Below the pieces are notes generated by a model. It was not told where the DNA came from. It saw only the letters and a program-made list of their open reading frames with translations, and searched no databases. A DNA stretch of 64,000 bases from Candidatus Thalassarchaeum betae (GTDB lineage: Archaea; Thermoplasmatota; Poseidoniia; Poseidoniales; Thalassarchaeaceae). Within the stretch, counting starts at the first letter, position 1. Each line of letters opens with the position of its first letter. Shown piece by piece: positions 18,622 to 26,089 of the stretch. Both the position numbers and the translations under genes were made by a program. The stretch spans positions 1 through 64,000 of the forward strand of contig PSPG01000008.1 of NCBI GenBank assembly GCA_003193925.1, read 5' to 3'.

Positions 18622-19611
18622 CTACGCAAGACCCCAGCGACGCTCTAGAACCGTTGCCATCGCCTGGTAGTCCTGACCGCCCGCGCTAGTCGGGTCGTGC
18701 AGGTGTATCGGGATACCGTGGCTGGGTGCCTCTGCGAGCCGGATGTTCCTGCGGATGGCCGGCTCCACAATGAGATCTGGGAAGGTCTCCCTGACCTCTC
18801 CGGCGACCTGCTGGTTGAGCAGGGTGGGGGCGTGCATCGTCAGCAGCACCCCGTCGACCCCGAGCCGTGGGTTGAGCAGTCCCCTGACCTCCCTGATGGT
18901 GCCTGCCAGCAGGGCCAGGCCCTCGAGCGCGAAGTACTCGGTCTGGACTGGAATCAGGATGCCGTCGCTGGCGACCAGTGCGTTGATCGAGACCAAGCCC
19001 AGCGAGGGCGGGGTGTCGATGATGACAACGTCATAATGCGGCAGCAGCGGCTCCAGCGCCTCGGCGAGGCGGCGCTCCCGGCCCAACTGCCTGAGCATTT
19101 CCTGCTCGAGCCCGACGAGGCTCCTGTCGCCGACGATCATGTGGAGCCCCTCGACGGCAGTCGCGTGCCTCGCGCTGACCGCGCTCTCCGGATTGAGGAT
19201 GAGGTCGCGCGTGGTCGCGCTGACCTTGCTCTTGTCGACGCCGAGCCCGGTCGCGCAGTTGCCCTGGGAGTCAGCGTCGACGACCAGGACGCTGTGGCCG
19301 CGCAGCGCCAACTGGGCTGCGATGTTGATGACGGTGGTCGTCTTGCCGACGCCGCCCTTCTGATTGATGACGGTGACAACGCGCGCCCTGCCCTCGGGCG
19401 TCGGCTGGGCCCGCGGCAGGTCGAGCGGGCGGCGTGCCCGCGCTGTGCTGATCTCCTCGACGGCATCCAGCGACGGGGCCGTCGACTCCTCCTCGACCTC
19501 GGTGAACTCGACGTCGATAACAAGCGGTGCGCTCTCCACCTCCGGCAGCGTGCTGCCTTCTTCGTCGCTGGGCATACGAGCGCCTGCGGCGCTCGGAGTG
19601 CTGTTGAACAT
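18622..19611 (-). CDS. parA: ParA/Soj family ATPase with acidic N-terminal extension (start 19611 or 19575)
   Basis: NQKGGVGKTTT deviant Walker A, DADSQGN, IDTPPSLG, EYFALEGL, RNIRLAEAPSHG. Confidence 0.93.
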   Translation of the reverse strand: MFNSTPSAAGARMPSDEEGSTLPEVESAPLVIDVEFTEVEEESTAPSLDAVEEISTARARRPLDLPRAQPTPEGRARVVTVINQKGGVGKTTTVINIAAQLALRGHSVLVVDADSQGNCATGLGVDKSKVSATTRDLILNPESAVSARHATAVEGLHMIVGDRSLVGLEQEMLRQLGRERRLAEALEPLLPHYDVVIIDTPPSLGLVSINALVASDGILIPVQTEYFALEGLALLAGTIREVRGLLNPRLGVDGVLLTMHAPTLLNQQVAGEVRETFPDLIVEPAIRRNIRLAEAPSHGIPIHLHDPTSAGGQDYQAMATVLERRWGLA

Positions 19612-19647
19612 GCCGCCGTATGCGATCCGCGCCGAGGTGGTTAGGCG

Positions 19648-21822
19648 CTAGTCCGCGGGTAGCGAGGTGTGGTACCAGGCGACCATCCGGCTGGTCTCGG
19701 CGTTCATCACGAAGCTCAGCGCGTTGTCCCTGCCCGAATCCTCCCACGTGCGGCTCCCCGCTATGGTGACCTGCCCCTCTCCCAAACCCCCCGGGAGCAT
19801 ACCGAGCAGCTCGCTCTCCTCGGAAACCGACAGGCGGTAGGCGTAGGTGACGTCGACGTCCCAGTTGTCGCCGCTGTCGATGAACGGGTTCAGCTCTGGG
19901 TACCTGGTCTCAGACAGGATCCGGGTCTCGAGCAGCTCCAGCGTGAGGGTCTCCGGGACCGCTCCGCGGTTCCACTTGAACTCGCCATCTTCGAAATCGC
20001 CCTCAGCTATCAGCGAGCAAGAGGAGCCCTGCGAGCGCAGGATGATCCAGCCCGAGCTGTCGTCGTCGCTGACCCACGACATGTTCCACTCCGGCGAGCG
20101 GGTGGGCTGCGACCAGGCCGCCTGCCAGATGTAGCCGCCCGAGTCGAGAGCGAGCGCTGCGTCCCTCGTCGAGTGGTTCGCCATCAGGCACTGCACCGCC
20201 TCCTCCAAATCGAACATCCTGAGTTCCGACTCGTCCGGCATGGCCAGTCCCCACTGGCGCTTGTCGGTGGGTACGTCCTCGCCCACACCGGGGCTGCCTG
20301 CGTAAGCAGTGCCCCAGTGCACCGGGGTAGAGCCAGCGTTGCTGGAGGTCTCTGTCATTTCCATGATCACCCTCAGGCTTCCCTCGGGGAGAGCGGCTTG
20401 CGTGCCGGCGCTCACGAAGAAGTTGCAGTCGCTCGTCTGCTCGTCCTTGTCGATGAGGATGTCGACCTCCTGCTTGACCGGCCAGGGATTACCCCGCTTG
20501 ACCTGGATGTCGATGACGGCGTGGCCGAGGCAGCGACCGATCTCGAAGTGGAAAATCGTGATCGGGTAGACCAGCCCGTGTGCTGCGGTGTTGATCTCCC
20601 CACCGACCTGCCATCTCCAGTCGGACTGCCAGTTGATGTCGTCGTTCGACTTGTCGCCCTCCTCGAGGCTCTCGTCGCCGAAGAAGTCGTGCAGCTCGAT
20701 CGGCGTCAGGGGGAAGGTCAGAATCGGCGCCAAGTCGCCTAGGACGCCGAAGTCCTCGGTGCCGTAGATCACCGCCCTGACATCACTGAGCTGGCCATCG
20801 GAGTCGGTGAAGCTGACCTGCGAATCGGTGCGGATGGTCGTCTTGCCGGTGATCTCCCTCCAGCTCTTGGAAGTCGAGGTCAGGCCGTTGTCCTCCCTTA
20901 TCCAGCCGGTGTTCGAGCAGACTCCGTCGTTCCGGACCTTGCCCTCGAGGTCGATCGACAGGTCATGAGTGAGTATCTGCTCAGCGGTCAGGTGCTCGCG
21001 GCCGTAGGCGTCGCGGGCGCTGACCGCTCCCTCCAAGTCGGAGTCCAAGCCGTGGGTGATGTCGCCTGGCCCGCCCTTGCGGATGGAGATAGAGCCCGTG
21101 CCCGTCACGCCCGCGTGCAATTCGCCGCATACCTCGTCTAGGGTCGGCGAGACCGCGTCGCGGAGGTAGCCGATCATCTCGTCACCGGTGATGGAGACCG
21201 TCGTCTTGGTGATGGTGAAGTCCATGTGGTCGCCGTAGCGCAGCGGTCGCGCCGTGAACGAATGGTCCTGCTGGACGAAGTAGAATGCGATGGCCCCTAC
21301 CAAGAGGATCACCACCGCGACAGTCGAGATGGGCTTCCAGTTGGCCTTGAGACCCGAGAACGAAGGCACCGTGATCACCAGCGACGGCTCCTCGGCGTCT
21401 TCATCGTCGAGGAACATCTGCGGCGGCTCCTCGCTGGGAATCACTCCCGAGAACCACGGGTCCTCTTCCTCGGGCTCTAGCACGACGGTCTCAGGGATTT
21501 CCGGCTCGGGCTCCTCCTCGACGACTATCTCGGCCTCGAGGACCTCCTCCTCCGCCTCTTCTTCCTCGGGCTCCTCCTCGGCCGGGGCCTCGCTGCTGAC
21601 TCGGGCGATCAGCCGGTCGATCGCATCGTCGATGTCCTCGGGGCCGCGGGAGGTGCTGGCTGCAGGTGCGCTCTCAGGAGCGTCAGGGGAGCCCAGCAGT
21701 CTGCTGATCAACTCGTCCTTCTTACCAGATACCAGAAGGCTGCGCTCGCTGCACATCTGGCGCAGCTCGCTGACCTTCATCGAAGACAGGGTGTCTCGGT
21801 CAGGTGTCTCGTCTGAGGCCAT
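19648..21822 (-). CDS. SAP-domain bitopic membrane protein with large extracytoplasmic domain
   Basis: True start probably ATG 21822; LSSMKVSELRQMCSERSLLVSGKKDELISRLL is a SAP motif; acidic linker; one TM helix (ISTVAVVILLVGAIAFYFV); ~540 aa beta-rich domain with several Cys. Confidence 0.8.
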   Translation of the reverse strand: MASDETPDRDTLSSMKVSELRQMCSERSLLVSGKKDELISRLLGSPDAPESAPAASTSRGPEDIDDAIDRLIARVSSEAPAEEEPEEEEAEEEVLEAEIVVEEEPEPEIPETVVLEPEEEDPWFSGVIPSEEPPQMFLDDEDAEEPSLVITVPSFSGLKANWKPISTVAVVILLVGAIAFYFVQQDHSFTARPLRYGDHMDFTITKTTVSITGDEMIGYLRDAVSPTLDEVCGELHAGVTGTGSISIRKGGPGDITHGLDSDLEGAVSARDAYGREHLTAEQILTHDLSIDLEGKVRNDGVCSNTGWIREDNGLTSTSKSWREITGKTTIRTDSQVSFTDSDGQLSDVRAVIYGTEDFGVLGDLAPILTFPLTPIELHDFFGDESLEEGDKSNDDINWQSDWRWQVGGEINTAAHGLVYPITIFHFEIGRCLGHAVIDIQVKRGNPWPVKQEVDILIDKDEQTSDCNFFVSAGTQAALPEGSLRVIMEMTETSSNAGSTPVHWGTAYAGSPGVGEDVPTDKRQWGLAMPDESELRMFDLEEAVQCLMANHSTRDAALALDSGGYIWQAAWSQPTRSPEWNMSWVSDDDSSGWIILRSQGSSCSLIAEGDFEDGEFKWNRGAVPETLTLELLETRILSETRYPELNPFIDSGDNWDVDVTYAYRLSVSEESELLGMLPGGLGEGQVTIAGSRTWEDSGRDNALSFVMNAETSRMVAWYHTSLPAD

Positions 21823-21954
21823 TCGACTCACTCCCAGCCTAATGAGGAGGCTTTCAACCCCTTCGGCGTCCTGCTGTGCAGGACGCGCACTCGTGGGTGT
21901 GCGAGCGTCTCCGGATGCAAAGCCCTCAAGAAGTGCGGTTGGTCGGCGCAAGGC

Positions 21955-22911
21955 ATGGACCCGCGCTTGATCATACTGTCCCGAGGTCCCGAGTTGTACA
22001 GCACCAAGCGCCTCGCTGAGGAGGCTGAGGCGGCCGGTTGGGCGGTCCGAATAATCGACCCGCTCTCCTTGACCATCGTCGTCGATGACACCGGCGGTCG
22101 GATCTTCAGCAGGGGCTGGCCGGTGGAGTGTGAGGCTGTCATCCCGAGGATCGGCTACTCGATCACTCACAGAGGCGTCATCGTCCTGCGTCAGTTCGAG
22201 AGCATGGGAGTCATCGTGATCAACCGGAGCGACGGCATCGAGCGCAGCCGTGACAAGATGATGGCCTGCCAGATGATGTCCAATGCCGGAGTCCCTGTGC
22301 CCATCACCGCACACGTAGGGGCCTGGGAGGACACCATCCGCGCCGTCAGCCGCGTAGGCGGCCCTCCGTGCGTGGTGAAGTCCAACGAAGGGACTCACGG
22401 CTCCGGCGTCTTCCTCGCTCACTCGGACCAGCAGGCGCGTCAGTTGGTCTACCAGATGCTGGAGCGCGACATGCGACCTCTCGTCCAAGAGTACATCCAG
22501 GAGTCCCACGGCCAGGACATCCGCGCCCTCGTCGTGGATGGTGAAGTCGTGGCAGCCATGCGCCGCAAGGCGCACGGCTCCGAATTCCGCTCCAACTTCC
22601 ACCTCGGCGGCAGCGTGGAGTCAGTCGAAATCTCACAGAGGCAGTCCGAGATCGCCTGTCTGGCGGCAAAGACCCTTGGCCTCGACTTCGCTGGAGTCGA
22701 TATGCTGGAGTCACGCAGCGGACCACTGGTCCTCGAGGTCAACTCGAGCCCTGGACTCGAAGGCATCGAGTCAGCCTGCGGCAAGATAGTCGCCGGCAAG
22801 GTGGCTGAGCTTCTGGACAGGAGGCTGCGCGAAGCGCAGTCGGTAGACGAGCCACCCCGCGCTATCGAAGACAGCACCGAAAGCGGCGAACACTCGCCGG
22901 CCTACGACTGA
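21955..22911 (+). CDS. rimK: RimK-family ATP-grasp alpha-L-glutamate ligase
   Basis: LYSTKRL, VIPRIG, SRDK, EGTHGSGV, QEYI, DIR, EFRSNFHLGG, GVD, EVNSSPGLEGIE. Confidence 0.92.
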   Translation: MDPRLIILSRGPELYSTKRLAEEAEAAGWAVRIIDPLSLTIVVDDTGGRIFSRGWPVECEAVIPRIGYSITHRGVIVLRQFESMGVIVINRSDGIERSRDKMMACQMMSNAGVPVPITAHVGAWEDTIRAVSRVGGPPCVVKSNEGTHGSGVFLAHSDQQARQLVYQMLERDMRPLVQEYIQESHGQDIRALVVDGEVVAAMRRKAHGSEFRSNFHLGGSVESVEISQRQSEIACLAAKTLGLDFAGVDMLESRSGPLVLEVNSSPGLEGIESACGKIVAGKVAELLDRRLREAQSVDEPPRAIEDSTESGEHSPAYD

Positions 22912-22918
22912 ACATCTG

Positions 22919-23058
22919 TTCCCGGCGCTCTCGAGCCGTCTTCCAAACGAGGGTTCTCACCCCTTCGGGGAGAGAAGCATTCAAGTCTGAATAGGCGGAC
23001 TTGGGCCCGTCCGTAAGGGCAGGGATGCACGGCCGTTCGCGGCTAAGAGGCGAGGGAA
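22919..23058 (+). ncRNA. Candidate structured RNA (unassigned family) filling the rimK-xerA spacer
   Basis: Nested complementary segments across the whole spacer, with UUCG and GUAA tetraloops and G-U pairs on the + strand (details in findings). Confidence 0.5.
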
Positions 23059-24195
23059 TTGACTGAACAGAGGGCTGGTGTTGCGAGGTCCTGGGCCGAT
23101 AGCGGTCTGGGGGGGCGGCTCGGAAACAGACTCGCAGACATCGGAGTCGAGGGCACTTCGGTCCTACCCTCCCGACTACACAGCGTCTCGGGCTTGCCTT
23201 GGTTCGACTGCTGGGTCCGGCGACTGAGGACCGAGAAGAAGAGCGCCCACACGATTCGTGCCTACACAGTCGCCGCTCGCACCTTCAGCACAACAGCGCT
23301 GCCGGGGGAGCCCGAGTTGGGATGGGAGAGCGTCAAGGCGCTGAGCGTCTTGGAATTCCACTCGAGGGTCGACCCCAACCGGGGCAGGCTCGATGCCTGG
23401 CTGAATTCTATCAGCGAGCTGAAGCCGGCGACCGTCAACGCGAGGATCGCCGCTGCCTCGCACTTCCTGCAGTGGATCGGACACGCTGTGCCTGACTGGG
23501 TTCAGAGACCCAATCGAAGCCGCTCGCTGCCGCGAACCCTAGGGCGCAATGAGCTCAGAAGGGTTCGCTCCGCTGCGAGCCAATCGGAGGATCCGCTGGC
23601 ACAGCCCGTCGTGACCATACTCCTAGACACCGGCCTGCGGGTCTCCGAACTGTGCGGATTGGACACCGACGACGTCGACATGGAGGACATGTCTGCCTTG
23701 GTGATAGGTGGGAAGGGAGAGAGGGACCGCACGGTCCTGTTCACCCAAGCGACCGTCAAGGCCATCGACGGCTGGACTCCGATTCGCAACAACAGAATGG
23801 AAATCTGCGACAGGGAGGAAGATAGGCGCTCCCTCATGCTCTCCAGCAGGGGTCGCAGGATTAACCCGCGCTCGGTCCAGAAGCTGATGGACAGGCTGGC
23901 CGACGCCGCTGACATACCGCGCTCCCGCCTCAGCCCTCACACGCTTCGACACACCTTCGCAACCGGGCTCCTGGAGCGCGGTGCCGACCTCGTCACGATT
24001 CAGAGGCTGCTGGGACACGCCAGCATCGCCACGACCAGGGTGTATCTGGAGATAGGTGATCAGACTCTGAGGGAGATCTACCACCGTGCCCAGAGGGAGG
24101 TCCCTGCCATCGGTGGTCCCGACGAGGTCGAGGTCATCGAAGCCGAGGAGACGGTGCCGAGTGTGAGCGAAGTACCGTACCAGAGGATTCTCTGA
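23059..24195 (+). CDS. xerA: Tyrosine recombinase XerA (start uncertain)
   Basis: DTGLRVSEL, GKG, SPHTLRHTFAT, IQRLLGHASIATTRVY give the full R-K-H-R-H-Y catalytic set; N-terminal SAHTIRAY and PATVNARIAA of the Xer core-binding domain. Confidence 0.9.
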   Translation: MTEQRAGVARSWADSGLGGRLGNRLADIGVEGTSVLPSRLHSVSGLPWFDCWVRRLRTEKKSAHTIRAYTVAARTFSTTALPGEPELGWESVKALSVLEFHSRVDPNRGRLDAWLNSISELKPATVNARIAAASHFLQWIGHAVPDWVQRPNRSRSLPRTLGRNELRRVRSAASQSEDPLAQPVVTILLDTGLRVSELCGLDTDDVDMEDMSALVIGGKGERDRTVLFTQATVKAIDGWTPIRNNRMEICDREEDRRSLMLSSRGRRINPRSVQKLMDRLADAADIPRSRLSPHTLRHTFATGLLERGADLVTIQRLLGHASIATTRVYLEIGDQTLREIYHRAQREVPAIGGPDEVEVIEAEETVPSVSEVPYQRIL

Positions 24196-24199
24196 GAGG

Positions 24200-24394
24200 C
24201 TACTTCCTAGCCGGGTTCTTCTTGTTGCCGCGCTTGTCCACCGTGCCGGGGCCCTGCCACTCGCGGTCTGCGGGAGTCGAGTAACCGGGGTGCGATGGGA
24301 TGGGGCAGTGCTTGCCGGCCCTGCACCTGCTGCAATTGTCGGAAGGGGGGCTCTCGACCACCTTCTGGAGCCTTCCGTACTTCCTGCGCGGCAT
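24200..24394 (-). CDS. Small basic protein with putative CCCH zinc site
   Basis: 64 aa, K/R-rich termini, CSRC-x5-C-x4-H; fills the gap between two + strand genes. Confidence 0.6.
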   Translation of the reverse strand: MPRRKYGRLQKVVESPPSDNCSRCRAGKHCPIPSHPGYSTPADREWQGPGTVDKRGNKKNPARK

Positions 24395-24473
24395 GGGTGA
24401 TGCTCGATTCGGAGGGTCTTAGCGGTTCCCGCCAGCGCGCAACGTTCAATCCGTCGCGCGCTCGCATGGATTC

Positions 24474-25313
24474 GTGAGCGACGACTCAGAACGACCCGTG
24501 GGCTCGGACCCCAGCGTCACAGTGCTCTACGCGCAAGTGCGCGACGTGAAGCCTAGGATGTCGATAGACGAGGAAGGCTACCTGCGCGCCGAGGGCTGGC
24601 CGGGTGCTGCGGGGAAGGTGTTCCTCGGTGACGTCGCCCAAGCAGCGCTGCGGGCGCTCGGTCCCCACGATCCACCCAGATTCACAGAGCAGCCGGGCTA
24701 CGACGAGCAGCGATGGGAGTTGAAGTCGAATGCCAACGATCTGACCCTGACCATCACCAGCCGGGAGTACTGGGGCTTCGGGCTGTTCGCCATCTGTTTC
24801 CTCAATAAGATCGAGATCTCCGGACCCCTCGCTCTGCGCGCGAGATGCGTCCACGACCTCGTGGCCTCGCTCGGCAGGAATCCCTGGGAGGCCTCGTGGC
24901 TGCGACGCTTCGAGAAGGCCTCTGGGTGCGACTCCTCGCAGCACAAGGATGCCTGGGGGAGTCTCGTCGCCCGAGCGAGGGAGGACATGGGAGAGGAAGT
25001 GAACCAGCTCGAGGACGCTCTCAGGGCGCTCAGGGGTGCCGACCAGTCGGCCGAGGGGGTGCTCGATGCCGCAGAGTTGGCGCTGGAGGAGGCTAAAGCC
25101 GCTCTAGCGGACCGCAACGCCCCGGCTGTCGAGCGCGCGCTCGGGCGCGCGGCCAGCGCCATCATCGAGGCGGACCCCAGCACAGGGGTGCGCTCGACCG
25201 AGCGGATGGCCCAGCGAAGCACGGCCGTGCCGAGCGCGCGGAAGCCGGAGGCCGTCGATGCGAAGCACCTGCTCGACGAGGTTCCCTTCGTCGACCTCTC
25301 CGAAGAGGAGTAA
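24474..25313 (+). CDS. Hypothetical protein with C-terminal helical/coiled-coil region
   Basis: 279 aa ORF with native codon style; no family recognised. Confidence 0.6.
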   Translation: MSDDSERPVGSDPSVTVLYAQVRDVKPRMSIDEEGYLRAEGWPGAAGKVFLGDVAQAALRALGPHDPPRFTEQPGYDEQRWELKSNANDLTLTITSREYWGFGLFAICFLNKIEISGPLALRARCVHDLVASLGRNPWEASWLRRFEKASGCDSSQHKDAWGSLVARAREDMGEEVNQLEDALRALRGADQSAEGVLDAAELALEEAKAALADRNAPAVERALGRAASAIIEADPSTGVRSTERMAQRSTAVPSARKPEAVDAKHLLDEVPFVDLSEEE

Positions 25314-25505
25314 TCAGAGGCCCAGTGTGGCCCACATCCATGACCACACTCCGTGGTTGGCCAGATAGATGCCCACCGAGAAGATGATGCAGATCGCGTA
25401 AATCGAGCCCTTGGAGATCTGTATGGCGTCCTCGGACTCCTCGTCGAAGTAGCGAATAAGGCCAGCTGCCTGCTGGATTCCACTGCCCTTCTTCTCCTTA
25501 GCCAT
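25314..25505 (-). CDS. secG: Preprotein translocase subunit Sec61beta
   Basis: AAGLIRYFDEE signature followed by one TM helix. Confidence 0.9.
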   Translation of the reverse strand: MAKEKKGSGIQQAAGLIRYFDEESEDAIQISKGSIYAICIIFSVGIYLANHGVWSWMWATLGL

Positions 25506-25574
25506 CGGCCGTGGCACCTGCCTGCACTATTTCAAGCCCGCGAGATGGGACAACGCGACCCCTGCGGGGTCGAA

Positions 25575-25937
25575 TCATGGCTCCAGCGTCTCGATCAGAA
25601 CGCACCCGCCGTCGAGCTCGACTATCTTCGATGCCGCGCTCATCGCGGTGTCGATGCACGCGGTCATCAGGATCTCCCGACGTTTCCCGTTGTTGGACTC
25701 GAATATCAGCCTGTGACTGAGGCTGTCGAGGACTTCGCGGTCCACGACCTGCCAGATCCACTTGTCGCGTTCGATGGTCACGAGCGCTTCCACGGGCACG
25801 AGGGGGCCCTGCTCCCTCCCTACGGCCCTGGCGCGCTCGACCAATTCGACCAGTTTCCTAGTCGCTCCTTTCAAGTCAGTCTTCGTCGGTTCCCCTGAGT
25901 TCCTGGCAATTCTCCTACGTAATCCGGCCATGTGCAT
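25575..25937 (-). CDS. Hypothetical protein
   Basis: 120 aa ORF occupying the gap upstream of sec61beta. Confidence 0.55.
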   Translation of the reverse strand: MHMAGLRRRIARNSGEPTKTDLKGATRKLVELVERARAVGREQGPLVPVEALVTIERDKWIWQVVDREVLDSLSHRLIFESNNGKRREILMTACIDTAMSAASKIVELDGGCVLIETLEP

Positions 25938-26089
25938 CCCACGCGGCTCGCGCCGCGAGCGCCGAGCGCTTCGCTGAGGGTTTAACCGTTTACGGTGCTG
26001 TTCTGCCTAGGCGCCCAATAGGGAGGCCCTCTCGATTCGCGGATTGGCCCTATCGAGTATTTGATGCGTGGGGCTCGCGCCCGTGGGCC

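Noticed and set aside
21823-22602. 5' extension of the 984-aa ORF
   Set aside because: Antisense to rimK; the protein plausibly starts at ATG 21822 with the SAP motif
23059-24195. Tyrosine recombinase as the integrase of a provirus or island
   Set aside because: No adjacent tRNA, att repeats, viral genes or composition shift; looks like housekeeping XerA. No dif-like site was recognised nearby
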